From contig JAQFVV010000010.1 of assembly GCA_028023455.1 (NCBI GenBank), positions 14,136,001-14,200,000 on the forward strand: a stretch of 64,000 nt of DNA. The letters run 5' to 3'. Positions 13,696 through 27,575 of this stretch are shown here, in pieces. This DNA is from Epiperipatus broadwayi. Its lineage: Eukaryota; Animalia; Onychophora. Under the pieces are notes generated by a model, which saw only the letters and a program-made list of their open reading frames with translations, did no database searches and had not been told where the DNA came from. How positions within the stretch are numbered: the first letter of the stretch is position 1; each line of letters starts with the position of its first letter. The translations under genes were made by a program, and so were the position numbers.

Positions 13696-14501
13696 TATAA
13701 ATTATTTTTTTAAGATGGTATACTGTAATGTATATAGTTAAAGGCTTCATTTATTGTTTGAAGTTTACACTGAAGTAATTTAAAAATGAAAATCTAATAG
13801 TTTTCGAGCTAAAAAATGCAAATCTGAAATTTACCAATAATCACAGAAAATTAACATTTTGAAGTTAGCTTTTTTTTTGTGAAAAATGTAAAACACCTTA
13901 TATGCACTCAATAGGCAACTGCCTTGGGAAAAATATAGAAAAAAATAAGGCACTAATATACTACTAATTTCTTTTCTTTTCTACAAGCAACACTTCACAA
14001 ATATAGATCCATTATGTGCCCTCTGTCATAGAAATGAAATATTAGAACACTTTCTTATGGATTGTTCCTCACTTCTTCCTTGTTATATTCTTATCACTAA
14101 CAGGACTCATTCACACTCATTAACAATCAATAACCTCATAAAAATATATATAAAATGGTCCTTTTTCCACATCTCACAATACTAAGTCACTCTTTCTAAA
14201 AAAATTAAATAACATTAAGATCAGAGATTAAATCCATGCATCAGCTAATATTTTTGCAATTATATGAAATTTGATTTCATTAACAACTCAGTTACTTGTC
14301 TATTGAATATATTAATTAATATGCATTAGATATACTGTATATTGATTATTGCTCATTTATATGAATATCTCTATCTTATTGCTTTTCTACTTGAAATCTC
14401 TTTTGTTTTAATAAGTCTTGTAAATAATCTGCAATGTATATAGTAAATCTATTAAAATTAATTTAAATCTAATATTAAAATTGTTGACTATAGTTTTTTT
14501 A

Positions 14502-14571
14502 TATGTCAAAGCATTGGCAGGGGGGGCAACTGCTTGGAAAGTAGTTATGCTAACCACTAGGCCACTAACGC
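14502..14571 (-). pseudogene. tRNA-Gly(TCC)-derived pseudogene or SINE variant lacking the T-arm
   Basis: Reverse complement GCGTTAGTGGCCTAGTGGTTAGCATAACTACTTTCCAAGCAGTTGCCCC..GCCAATGC resembles metazoan tRNA-Gly-TCC; its 3' end matches the SINE family. Confidence 0.75.
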
Positions 14572-15369
14572 TTGTTGGCTATAGTTTTTCATTGTTTTCT
14601 ATGGTGTCCTAAGCAATTTATTTTAGAATTGCATTATAAACTTTTTAATGATTCTTTATAGTTATTATTGAAATATTTTTTTTTATAAACAATCTGATAA
14701 CAAATGTAAACTCTTTCTCATTTATGGTAGCAATATTTTCTGAAAGCTTTTCATTTTTCATATTTAAAATGTGGCACCTCTTTTTTTTTACCCATCATCA
14801 AAATAAACAATACCCCTTCTTATGATGAGTCAAAATCTATATATTTTCTTTTACATCTCCCAGTGAGGAAGATTGTCACAACTTTAACAAGGATCAATGA
14901 CTAACAAACTGTTAAATTTTTTTGCTGCAAGTAAGAATAAGAATTTTTAATAGAAATTGAAAACTGAACTATTGTGTTTATTTATTTTTTCTTTCCAATT
15001 ATGTAAATTGGAAGCAGAAAGAAAATAAACAGCTCTGAAGAAAAATGTTGAACTGTCAAAATCATAAAACATTAAATTAAGCCATGGAAGAGTGTCAAGA
15101 AGAAATAAAATTTTACAGAGATTTATTAATCTAAGCAATGCAAGAAGAACGGAAAAGATGTTGAATATCTCGATATGTTCATTTATTTTATTTTGAAATA
15201 GTAAAATTATTGCTATGCATTATATTTTATATATATGCACACACACCCTGTAAATATTTGTACTTGAAAAGTCCATTACAGAATAAAGATATATCCATAG
15301 ATTTTATTCTCCACATTATTCTAGCAAATTTTTCTTATCTCATTCATCTCTTTTATTTATCTTTTTCTG

Positions 15370-16990
15370 GGGGTGGGTTGTTAAAAATCAATCCCTTGAG
15401 ACCCAGTTTAAGTTGCCAACTGTTCATTTATTAACATCTCTTTTAGAAATAGTCTAGTTCAACTTCATTTCAACTTATCACTCATGTATTTAATTTTTTC
15501 TTATTATTACTCACATCATACATCTCTTCATATTTTCTGTGTGATGTGAAGTTTCAGTATTCCTCTTTAAGAATAATAGTCTCAGATTGACACATACGTA
15601 TTGGCACAATACATTTATTAAAACCCATTGTTTTCAAATATAGGACTATTTTATTTTATTATTAGAAACACTTTTTCAAAGTTTTATGTTTAATTCATCT
15701 ATTATGTTTTTTCAAATGTATTAATAATCTGAACAAGGTAGTTGCAATTGTTAATTCGTTATTAATTTGAAGCTATCGATTTTTATTTTCACTTTGTATG
15801 TGCATCTTTATAGTTCTTGTAATATTTTCCTAAAGCTCTTGAGTATTATTTGCAAAAAATGACCAAAATAATCTCCATTTATTTTTACATCTTTACTTTC
15901 CCTATTTTAATTCCACAAAATATTTCCCATAAAACTTATTAAAATTTTTGGAGATATTCAATCATTTTATCATATACCTTTATCAATGTTAATTTTTTAG
16001 GATCATCATGTGATTAATGGCTGGTAATGCATTTTGATAAATTCTTACAAAATTTGACAATATTCTAGGCCTATGTTGTGTATATGGAATCCAATACTAA
16101 TTCATAGTCTACAAATCCAATATAAAATAGCAACTTGTACTCATTGATTCTTTCTACAGTTTCTCGTAATATTTGGACATGATGTACGGTACTATAACCA
16201 GTTATCAAATACAAGTTGTTCTTTTGATTGATTGAGTTCAAAGTTCTCACTGAATTAATTGTAATGATGTCCCTACCTTCGTATTTTTCAGACGCTTATT
16301 TCTAAGGTTACAGCCTTAGTAAATTATTATGTAATGATTTTAGTAAAGATCTTAAAGTGATAATTTTTTAATTTCTAATAAATGTCACTTATCATTTCTT
16401 TTTTCTTCTGGTCATCTCATACATCCGTATTATTTAGATATTTTACATATAATTTTGCCAGTAATGTTTCTATTTTTCATATGCTTCTGTTAAAATATGG
16501 ATAATAATTCTTTTCAAGATTTAATTCCACTTATTTAAAGCATTTGGAATTTCAAAAAATAATATAATTGTAAGTAATAAAACTTTTCACAAAAGTTGTA
16601 GGGGGGCTTTTAAAAAAAATCTTTATTACTATATACTTTCTTTTACTAATTCACAGTTAAATTTTTTATATCATCTTTAATTGTTTTCTCATCTACAGTT
16701 ATTTTACATACTTGATTTTTCTAAATGGATCATTTAAAAGTATTTTCATATTCTTTCTTTTCTTTATACCTTGCCTTGTCTTATGAAATTTTAATGATGA
16801 ATTATTTACTCTTTTCCATTGGCTATTAATACAGGGATCTTTAGTAGATTATCATTATTTTCTTATTGATCTTATTCACATTTGAATCATCTTTGACGTC
16901 TGTTATTTTTAAAATAAAGTTCTAGTGAAAATTTATTGGAATATTTTTGAAGGCTAGAAATATCAATTGCTAATATTTTCTGTGGCTCAG
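15370..16990 (-). mobile_element. Old degenerate RTE LINE fragment
   Basis: Reverse complement collinear with the RT and 3' region of the full-length RTE, with many substitutions and indels. Boundaries approximate. Confidence 0.7.
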
Positions 16991-18055
16991 CGTAACTTAC
17001 TCTTCACTAATTGATAGTTATTTTCTGTGTCTTTGGGCTGAGACTGCACATATAAAAGGTTTTTAGGTTGATATATTCATTTAATATTATAATTATTATA
17101 TGTTATGTAAATCAAATGGTTATTCATTCAAAAGGTCATGTGATTTTCATTTACGAGAAATGACTTAAGTTGAGCCTTACTTGATTCAGGAATCTTTAGC
17201 TTTTGAAATGGTCACTCTATCACTACAATAAATTGCACAAGATATTGTTTTACAAACAATTTTTTTTACTTCAAATACATACTTCATATATATAGTCGAA
17301 GTTAAATTAGAAATCATAGCTATAAATAAGGTTGGAATCTGTTCTGTTTTAACTTTTATTGATAACTTTTGTTAACTATTGAAATAATGATTATTCAAAG
17401 AAATTTTGATTATAATAAATCGCTAGGCATAAATTGTGATTAATGCACAGTAATCAAATAAATAAGGATTTCTTAAATCAAAAGGAAATAAATAATATCA
17501 AACTGTTGAAAATAATACTGGCTTAGAAGTAAACTTTTTAAAAAGTTGTTTTCTAAAGAATATGGATTAATGAATTGAAATGAATATCATGATGCTTATA
17601 AGTTGATGATGGTTGATATTATAATGAAGAGGTATGGACTATGGTTATGACAATTGAATTGGGTTTAAGGATAAGTGAATAGTCATTATTCTAATTGACG
17701 AAAGGGGAAATTAATACAGTATATCTTACAGCATTTGATTTTAGAAAGATTACAATGATAACTTAAATTTGATGAACAAATAATTACTATATAGTGATAA
17801 AAATTATATGTGAACTCTGGTTAAAGTAGAATATCAGTTTGTGCATTTATTGCATTTGATAAATGAATTCTGAAAATTAAACAAAGATTTTTATTGCATA
17901 AATAGTCAAAATAAGAGTCATAGATCACATGACCCTATTCTCTTAAACTTGTAAGTTATAAACAATGAGGATTGCAAAATTCCTCAACAAGCTTTGTGAT
18001 AAATGCTTAGCCAGAGCCAGCATTTAAAATATCTCCGTCAGGAATCCCCTCCAAA

Positions 18056-18096
18056 CCCCTAATCATGGTTTCGTGCTTTGGCACTCCTCAGTGAGA
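18056..18096 (-). ncRNA. Minimal type I hammerhead motif (family B, left arm)
   Basis: Minus strand reads CUGAGGA-GUGC-CAAA-GCAC-GAAAC-CAUG-AUU: intact cores and 4-bp stem II; stem I weak and triplet mutated. Confidence 0.7.
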
Positions 18097-18158
18097 TGCC
18101 AGGGTAGGTTCAGACACTAGATCTAAAAATACCAACCCAAAGCGGTTTTACCCTGGCA

Positions 18159-18199
18159 TCTCTCTGAGGAATGCCAAAGCATGAAACCATGATCAGGAG
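18159..18199 (+). ncRNA. Minimal type I hammerhead motif (family B, right arm)
   Basis: CUGAGGA-AUGC-CAAA-GCAU-GAAAC-CAUG-AUC-AGGAG; stem II fully paired as AUGC/GCAU. Confidence 0.7.
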
Positions 18200-19019
18200 T
18201 TTTTTTTTTTTTTGGGGGGGGGGGTTCCTGACGGAGATATTTTAAATGCTGGCTCTAGTTAAGCATTTATCACAAAGCTTGTTGAGCAAATGGCAATCCT
18301 CATTTTATTGCATGACTTGTATTAGGATTCCCTTAAGGGCAAAAAAAAAGATCGTTGAAATTTGCTGTTGACAATTTACAAAATGAAGGGTCCTCTGAAA
18401 ATCTGAGTTCAAACCCCCTATATACTACATATTGGAGTGCAGGTATGAAAAAGTCTGTACTGTAGAAAAAATTTATATATTAAAATGAAGTTTCCTAAGT
18501 AATTTATTTTATTTTATAATAAATAGTTAACTTTTTGGGAAATTTGTCAATCCTGAGTAGAGGTCAGTTTTAAAGACATTTTTTTTTTTATGTTTAGTAT
18601 TGTTTCAAAGTCTATAAATTGTTTTTATTATATATATTATTACTTTTGTAAAAAAAAATTCTTATTATATGTAGAATCACAACTTCTACTAATAATTTGA
18701 AAATAAATATTAAAAAAGAGTAAATAATTGTTTAACTTTTGGTATGCTGATTAAATTTTTACAAATGTACTTTACGATATTAACTTTTTTGAGAACGTTT
18801 GTAGTTAAATGAATCAACATTTATGATGTAAGTAATTTTGAAAAACAATATGATATTTGCATATGAAAAAAAAATAGGCGTAACCTTGTTATATATATTT
18901 CTATATTGTAATTTCAAAGTATAATATTTACAAATATCCATTTATGGATGGATATTTATAACAGTATATGTAACATGATTAGTACACTATAATTATGTAG
19001 GTGTATATATGAATTATAA

Positions 19020-20615
19020 TAATAATGACATCTTATCATGATATCATAAAATAGGTGGAAGAGTTGCAAAGAAAACAATAAAACAAAAGTATTCCCTATT
19101 GTTATTATATTTTCTGAATGAGCAAGCATTTTAAATCAAGAAATGAGACAAAATTAAATCTATGAACTCCAGGAAATGATGGAATTGTTATTGATGTAAA
19201 AGTAGGTGAAGAAAATATTAGCAAATTGGCAAAGCTTTATAATCAAATATCTATATGATAAAGATAATGATTGGATGAATGCAGTAAGTAATAACGACAT
19301 TCAAGAAAAGTGATAAAGAAGATCTTAGACCCATCAATTTTTTTTATCAGTTTTATACAAAATCTTTAACAAGGTAATTACAACTCCTCTGCAATGAATT
19401 TTGAGTTCTAACAAACCAAAAAGAGCAGGCTGAATTTAGAAGTGGTTATATCACATCATTTCCAAGTATTGGGAGAAGTTACAGAAAAGATTAATAATAT
19501 TTAAACAGCATTAAACTGTTGCACATGCTCTTTGGATTTTAAATATAAAATGAATGAATACTAACATTTCAACCACATGATAAAGTCTTTGGAAAAGATA
19601 GAAAGATTAATGAATATGAATTACTAGGCTTTGGATTTGTAGATTATGAAAAGACATTTGATTATATATTCCAATAGTAGATTAAAATATTAAATCTTCA
19701 AGATATAGGGAATATTTACATATTGTGAAGAATATTCATTAAAATGCTGCAATAGAGATTAGATTATATGGTGATAGTAAGATGATGATTAGTGAGGAAA
19801 GTGTATATCTCCACGACTTTACAGCAATTTTATAAGAAGTATTTTGTGGATTAAACTGGAAAATTGGTAAAAATAAATAAATGGTGATTATTTAAATCAT
19901 TTTGCTGATGATGTGGTTATTTTTGAAAATAATGTTTCAGAGTTTCAGAAAATGTTACAAGTTACTAGATAAAAATAAGGAATTAAGACTAAAGATAAAT
20001 GCTGAAAAGATTAAAGCAATGTTCAATGGCTTTCATCAGAAGTAAATGAAGATTGATAATGATGAATTAGAATAAGTTTACAACTGCATATATCTTGGTC
20101 ATATTATTAATATAGGTGTAAACAAAATGGATGAAAGTAATAAAAAAATTAAACTTTGATGGAGTGCTTTTTGAATAAAAAACTTCATATTAAAAGGAAA
20201 TACACTTGTATGCTTTAAAAGGAAGATTTCATAAATGCATTTTACTAGTTCTTATTTATGGTTCTGAGACTTGGAAACATACAGAAGAGCAGTACAGAGA
20301 TTTTAGACGATTCAACAAAGTATGAAGAAATGTATATTAGAACTAACAACAAAAAAAAAAGATTAAAAATGAAATACATGAGAACAAATATGGAGTTGAG
20401 GTGGACCTCTTGCTAAGAGAGATGAGATAATAAATGGACATTTGACGTCTTTAAATATCTCAAAAAATTGTAGAAGATAGAAACCAGACCACACATGAAA
20501 TAGATGCACGAAATAAGCAAGTTTGCTGGTGTGTTATGGAGAAGAAAGGCTAGGGATTAGAGAAGCCGCTTTAAACTTGGAAAAGCCTTCAACCTGCAAT
20601 GTATTTATAATGATG
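19020..20615 (+). mobile_element. Degenerate 5'-truncated RTE LINE
   Basis: Collinear with about 54380-56280 (e.g. TTTGGATTTGTAGATTATGAAAAG, TTTGCTGATGATGTGGTT, ATGGTTCTGAGACTTGG); ends in a decayed (TGA)n tail. Confidence 0.8.
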
Positions 20616-20705
20616 AAAATGAAACTTGTCATAACATATATTCATAAAAATGTTGATGACATTGAATGTAACTTTTTGGAAGTTTTATTATTGATATGAA
20701 TGCAG

Positions 20706-21087
20706 GGTACTTACACATTAGACATGCTTCCCATGTTTGGGATGGCAGAATGTTGTATTTTTCTGGGGGGGGGGGTGGTGTTGCAATGTCAGAGTCAAAT
20801 TTTTAACAATACGAAAAGCATAATTTAGCATGCAAAAATAATAAACCCATTACTATATTAAATAAAAACAGGTAGTTGTGACTTTTTAATATGGCATTCT
20901 GCCATCGCAAACACACTCTCCACCGGAGAAAGGTAATACATTCTGCCATTTGTAAACACACACACCCTCCACCGGAGAAAGGTAAGGCATTCTGCCATCA
21001 CAAACACACACACAACACCTTCCATTGGAGAAAGCTAATGCATTCTGCTATTGCAAACACAGGAAGCAGGTCTAATATGTAACTACC
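20706..21087. mobile_element. Merlin-like MITE with internal ~45-bp tandem repeats
   Basis: Termini GGTACTTACACATTAGAC / GTCTAATATGTAACTACC; decayed 8-bp TSD GAATGCAG/AAAGGCAG (6 of 8); unit GGCATTCTGCCATC..CACC.GGAGAAAGGTAA repeated 3-4 times. Confidence 0.7.
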
Positions 21088-21264
21088 AAAGGCAGTGTAG
21101 TCATATCAAACTAAAATCAACTATAATTGGAAAATAGATATAAATATTATGATGGAGTCTTATTTCTGATGGTAGGGATGCAATAGCAAAACAAAAGCAT
21201 TATTATTATTAGTTTAATAATTTTGATGCCTTGTTTATTATTATTATTATTATTTTTTTATGAT

Positions 21265-21613
21265 TTATGCTGCACTTTCTTCTCCCTTAGTTGTCCTAGT
21301 GTAAATCACTTGACTATGATGATATACAATCTTTTTGATTTGTCGTTTATGTAAAAGCTCTCTTAGTGCAGCCCTTGCTAGTGAACCTCTGATTTTTAAC
21401 CTTTCTGACACCACTGAAGGAGTAATCAGTTTGTAACTGGGTACTTCTTTATATAATTTTTCATATGTTGCTTTATCTAATAAGACTAAATTGTTTAATT
21501 TATCTCTTACTTTTCCTTTACTCCATTTCTTCTTTTTGGCTTTACCATCTCCTCCGCTGCCTTCTTTCTTCTTTTGAGGAGTTTTAGAGGCCGATTTGGC
21601 CTCTTTCGCTCAT
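21265..21613 (-). pseudogene. RpS25: Processed retrocopy of 40S ribosomal protein S25 (eS25)
   Basis: 21606 to 21265 translates without stop as [113 protein letters not shown]. Intronless; the nearest ATG (21611-21613) is out of frame; followed by an A/(TAA)n tract. Confidence 0.95.
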
Positions 21614-22568
21614 TTGTTCAGAGCCTACAACAACTTGCATATTGACACTTTTTATTTAATTATTTAGAAATCATTTTAATATTGATGCTTCTAGAAGGAA
21701 TAAGTAAAGTATTTTAAAATGAATTCATTTTTTTGAAATAATTTTAAAATCACAATCCAACTTTACTCATTGTCCTATCTTGTGATTTATGTCATATTTC
21801 TATATTAACAAAAAGTAAAATATTCTGATTTTCTAAGATGATTTGTTTATTAATTAAAAATATTGTTTTACAAATTGTACTCAATCAATTTTTAATTCAT
21901 AGATAAACAAAATGTTTTTTTATTTATTTATGTAATATAAAATTCATCTTGTATTTATATAAAGAACATATGGGATTTATTACTTACATGTAGAATAAAA
22001 TTGAATAATGATAACTGAAGTTAAATTATGCTTGATAGTATGTAAGGTAATTAGTGATAATTGGATTTCATTTGATAATAATGAATGAAAGCTGATGAAC
22101 ATTGAATTAAAAGTTACCAAGAATCAAAAATAATTATACTTCTGAAATAAAGTCTATGGACAATGTTTGATGGCTGGAAAATAATAATGATTGCTTGTAA
22201 ATATATTTATTTTACTGCAATGATAATTATTCTAATGTTTGAATTAGCAGCTTGCTTGTAATTAATGTTAGATATCACATTACATCGATTTAAAAAAAGA
22301 AAATGCACTTTAAATGTGAATGTTATAGAGAAAAACAAACAGTAGATTTCATTTTCTAATTCTAAATTTTATTTATTCAGAAAGATATGTTAGTAACTAT
22401 ATATAATATTATCAAAGGCTTAAGTATGCAAGATTTTCTACCTGGGTGAGGTAACTAAACTATAGGGGGAGTATTATTAAAATTACTTGGTCATAACAAT
22501 GTTTTTATTATTTTTGTGTACAAATTTGTTTCCTACTGTAAATTCCCCCCCCCCCCCCAATGAAAGGT

Positions 22569-22606
22569 GTCACAAACACAGGAAGCAGGTCTAATACATA
22601 AGTGCC
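22569..22606 (+). mobile_element. Solo right end of the Merlin-like MITE
   Basis: CACAAACACAGGAAGCAGGTCTAATACATAAGTGCC matches 21050-21087 and 40617-40652. Confidence 0.65.
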
Positions 22607-24240
22607 ATACTATTATTATTTTTGTATTACTTATATATCAATTTCATCTAACTTCTGTAAAAAAAGATTTGCAGTCACCAATTAAATTTTTGTTCTCATT
22701 TTTGTATCCGTTGATAAAACTTGAGATCTGGATTGTCTTTTTGAAGTTGCCATTTTTTTTTTATTGATAAAAAGGTCTCTAATTATATATATAATATAAT
22801 AAATAGTTCAGAGATAGCATGTCTGGTTGACTTGAAAAGATTTTGGATTAATTTCTGAGAAAGTGGGAGAAAAAATCTCAGGCATAGCTAATTGAACATA
22901 TCTTGTATGTTTAAGCCTGCTAATTACATGATAGAATAGCATTTGATCTTAACAAGCAAATGTTTATTAGGTGATATGTTAAAAAGGAATCTGATTTTTG
23001 AAATCTTGTTAGTAGTGTGAAATCAGAATGCTTAATTATTTTTTTATCCAATTCCTAATAGAAAGAAAAGCATCTAGATGTTTATGACTTTATAAAGCTG
23101 TGATTCTGTGGTGGAACACATGGGGGGGGGGTAGATGAACTGCTGCTACCAATAATAATAATTTTCCATTCATTAATAGCCACTCATAAATATATGTGGC
23201 TGTTTTTAACTCCTAAATAGAACAATAAAATTAACTGGCTGGCTACTGGAAATATCACATTGACTTTATCTGCAGAAAATATAATTCTCACAGCAATTTA
23301 ATAATGCATCATGGGAAAAAAAATAAAAAAATAAAATCCTCCATATAACTAATATTCTATTGATGAAGCTAAGAAATGTAATAATTAGCATTAAATAAAA
23401 AGAAAAAAAAGAATTTAAACATTTTAAAACATTTATTAATTTTAAATTTATGAGTACTTTCAGATGTTAGTTTTGAAATTAAAATATTTTAAATATTCTA
23501 AACATATTCTATACAAAATAACTGAAAAAGTGAGTTATAATTGCCCTCCTTAATGATTACTATTAATAACTTCATTCTCTTCTTGCATACATTTAGGAGA
23601 TCTTTGTTTTTCTAATAAAATAAATATTAGTTATTAATAATTTGTTTTCAAGGATTTATTTTTATAGTGAAGTTTATGAAGATGTGGGGGGGGGATAGGA
23701 TGGTTAATTGAATTATTGATTTAGAGTAACATGCACGTATGTATACATACATGTAAACATTGAATAAAAAGACATATCGATGTAAATATTTAGCCATTTT
23801 TTTTACAAACTACTGGGCTTATATTAATTTTTTGCTCAAAAACAAACAAACAAACAAAACCACAGTAGGCTTATTTTCAGGCCATGTTTTATTTTTTCAT
23901 GTACAAAAATCTACATTTATTCAAGTACTTCTTTTTTTTACAGAAAGCGGCAAGATTCATTCCCAGGAACCCACCACAATTTCTTTCTTGTACTCTCTGG
24001 AATAGTTCTTTGTGGTTTCGCACTCATCTTATCTGGCGATCAGAATATTATTCTGTTTAAATTTACCATTAAATCAAAATCAAGTGTTAATTGAAGATTT
24101 GTGAGACAGGAGTGGTAACAAAAATGATGATAGTTTTTTTTTTTTTAAAATAAAAAATTTTATTAACAAAGTTTACATGGTTTCATGATACTGTTTTCAT
24201 ACATGGTATACTTCATGACTGATTGCAAAAGTTCATAAGA

Positions 24241-27200
24241 TCAAACGCTTGATAGATCAATCCTGGACCAAGTCTCTTTGTATAACCATTCTGGTGCAAG
24301 CAGCAGGTCCCTGGCACTTATGCTCTTGACAAGACCTATAAATGTCTCTGTGACTGAAGATCCTGAATGATGGAAAACACATTCACATCTGGTCAACCAG
24401 ACTGCAAAGGTAAGGAAGACAGAGAATAGGATAAGAGAAAAAATTCCTGTCTTGATGGCATTCTGGATATTTAAGGCTTCTCCGATGTCAGATGTAACTT
24501 TCTCTGTGATGAAGTTTCTGATTTGGAAAAGAAACTGACAATTATAAAGTAAATGTTGGATGGTTTCATCGGCAGTATTACATAGCTGGCATTGAGGATT
24601 GATTTTGGTGAATCCTTTTTTCCATACTAAGAAATGGTTAGTGGGTAAGGATGAGATGTTGAGCTTTAAGATAAAATCTATGTATTTTGGTTCAACAAAC
24701 CAGTTCTTCAATTTTTTAAGCAATGGTTTATTGTCTATGTTCAATGTGGTCAGGAGGGCAGTCTGGTTTTGAAATCTGAGGTTATAGGCCTGCCAGTAGG
24801 TTATTTTACCTTCAAAAGAGGTTTTAGATAGATTTATCAGCTTGGTGATATGTAACCAAATAATTGTGGCCCATCTGCTAGAAAGAGGTGGCAGTGTGTC
24901 TGTAGGTTCCACTGGAGTGGCTAGGTTTAGTTCTGGCTGTTTTAAGTGAATTGCACGTAGAACTGCAATTGCCTTCTGTAAATAGATTGTTGAAACAGAT
25001 TGCAATCCAAGTCCATTTAACTCTCTGGGCATTTGCATCTTACAGATGCTGATGGCAACAATCTTTCCACTCCACATGAGCTTTGAACACAGTGAGTTCT
25101 TTGACGACTGAAATGCTTTAGTGGTTTTAATTATGGGAAGATAATAATTCAATCTCGGAAAGACCAGCATGTTGAGAAGGGCTACTTTGCCCGGCAGGGA
25201 AAGATTCGGGATAAAGATCGAACCACTTTGCTAGTTTTTTCCAAGATGGAGTGTTGGATATCTTTTGCCATAGCAAGTCTGGACTTGGCCATAGGAAAAC
25301 CGAGGAAGAGTTGCGGCTCAGCTGTAAAGACTGACGGAATCACTGAGCCAGTACTGATCTTCCACATGGAGGACTTACTGTAGCTGTAAAGACTGACGGA
25401 ATCACTGAGCCAGTACTGATTTTCCACATGGAGGACTTACTGTAGTTGATGTTCAGATTTAGTTTCTTTGAATATTTATCAATGATTTGTGTGTGTTGGA
25501 AGGTGAGTTTTATCGGGGAGGAAGATGGTGACATCATCAACATAGGTTATGTGTTGTACATGATGTTTCAGGGCTGGCACGAAAATTCCAGGGAGTCTGC
25601 GCTCAATCTCTCTGAGCATAGGATTTATATAGGTGATGAAGCAGAAAATGGTGAGTGGCGATCCCTGGGGAATGGAAAGATGAGGTCTGAAACCATTGGA
25701 CAGTCTTCCATCCAGTGACGTAAAGATAGATCTGTTCAAAAGCAGATTACCAATAATTCTGGTATAGATGCCAGGGACTTGATAATCAAGGAGAGTCTGG
25801 AGTAGGACAGTGGGTATAACAGAGTCAAAAACCGAGGCAAAGTCAAGTTGAATAACTATAGGCTTGGATTTTTTGTGCAGTCTGATGTGTTCTACCAGAA
25901 GAAGAAAACGCTGTGCAGCATCCGTGGTGGAAGAGCCCTTATGTGCAAATTGATATGGCGTGATGTGTGTATAGAGTTGATCTTGGATTTTGTCCTTGAC
26001 TATGGCCTCAATGATCTTAATTAGGAGGGGAATCATGGAAATGGGCCTTATGTTGGATAGGGTAGAGGGATTGATGGGCTTTTTTAGGAAAGGAACAAGG
26101 GCCACAGGGTACAGGTCTGGAATGTTTTGAAACTCCTGCCAGAACATCTATCATCCGCAGTACAATGGGGGCTGTGAAATGTCTCACGTGGACAAGTACA
26201 AATCTCGGAATTCCATGGAGTCCCGGATGAACACTCTCCGGATAGGCCATGAGCTTTTGGATTATCTGATTTTCACTGATATCATGAGCGATCCCATCTT
26301 CCAAGTGATTCCAGATGTTTCCAATTTCAAATTTATAATTCTGTAGCCTGGCCTGAAAGTGTTACATGAATCTTTGCAAGCATTGCTGGGCCACTGAGGC
26401 AACCCTGATCTACTGACAATGAAGTAGGTGTGAGTCTGGCCACCGAACCAATTGCCCAGCGAATGTAGCTGCGGGTCCAGCTATGCTGGTTGGCCAAGAA
26501 GATTTTAGACCTTTTAGTGGCAATGTAATGCGCGAGGACCTTTTGCTTGCTATGGTATTGAGTTTTTAGCTCCAAAATATCTTGGGGATGAATGTCAATA
26601 TGGTGTAGAGAATTTACCTGTTGTTTATGGCATCGAAATCTTTTAATAGTTGATTTGGACCTTTGGTTTTCTTTGTGTATGAGTCTATGAGTGAGCTCAA
26701 TATACCAGTGAAAGATGACCAAGCCTGTAGTGGAGGCAAAGTAAGAATTTTGATTTTTTGGAACAAGATATATGCTTCAGAGAAAATGAGTTCTGGAGTT
26801 GCTGCTTTGTTGAGTAGTCTAATGGTAGGTGTATAATCTATATGAACTGCGGTGGTGGGATCTATATGAAGTGAAATTAGAAGAGTTAAATGATCAGTGA
26901 AGGGAACCAATTGAAGCTTGGCGCATATGTCAAAGTGAAGTTCAGGTGAATAGTAGAGAAGGTCAATTAGGGATTTCTTTTGCAGTGTGTAGAAGGAGAA
27001 TGATCCTGGAGGGAAAAACCCCTCTCCACACAAGAGGACTCTATTAATTAAGTGAAGATGTTTTTTGTTGAAGTTATCATAACTCATGTTGAAGTCACCA
27101 AAAAAAAAACAATAGGGGAGGCATCTGAAGAGAGAAGAGAATTGATTTTATTGATTACTAGTTGTGCTGAGTAAGCATCATTTCTGATGTACAAGTAAAT

Positions 27201-27521
27201 GATATTTATTGCCATATTTCCAAAAGTGAACTTAATGACCAATAGATCATTGCTAAGGTGTAATGTTCTGAAAGAGCTGTAGGTCAGGTTCTTATTGATT
27301 ATAAAAGCAACTCCAAAAGATGCTGTGTTTGAGGGTACATAATGAAATAGACCATATTGTTGCATCAATTGAGTTATTTGGTAATTTGAGTTTATATGTA
27401 ATTTAATTTTGGATAGACAGACTATGTGGAGGTCTGTTTTGTCTAGCCATCTTTTAAGTGCAAAGACACCGCCCAGAGAGTTAAAACCCCTTATGTTTAT
27501 TCTGGCCAATTTAATAAGCAT
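24241..27521 (-). pseudogene. L1/Tx1 ORF2 (APE endonuclease, reverse transcriptase, zf-RVT-like C-terminus), broken into several frames
   Basis: Motifs NIRGFN; GDFN (recovered across the A-run frameshift at about 27100); TDH; RPISMI; QLDFASVFDSV; QGSP; YVDD; GLGL; CQLCNTADETIQHLLYNC. Confidence 0.9.
25320..25445. repeat. 62-bp tandem duplication inside L1 ORF2
   Basis: AGCTGTAAAGACTGACGGAATCACTGAGCCAGTACTGAT(C/T)TTCCACATGGAGGACTTACTGT twice with 1 mismatch; 62 is not a multiple of 3. Confidence 0.95.
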
Positions 27522-27575
27522 GTTGAGTTGTTACAGAGATTTGTAGGTTATGTATACTAAGCTGTGATTAGTACA

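Larger units (their letters stand above)
17900..18304 (-). mobile_element. Fold-back palindrome with tail and two hammerheads (mini PLE-like, family B)
   Basis: About 145-bp inverted arms (17964-18110, 18150-18304); about 64-nt extension on the left; 9-11 bp TSD (TT)TTATTGCAT (17889-17899, 18303-18313); homologous to 32171 and 57595. Confidence 0.9.

Noticed and set aside
20885-21060. CRISPR-like array
   Set aside because: Eukaryotic intron; units are degenerate tandem repeats without unique spacers and lie inside a TIR/TSD-bounded MITE.
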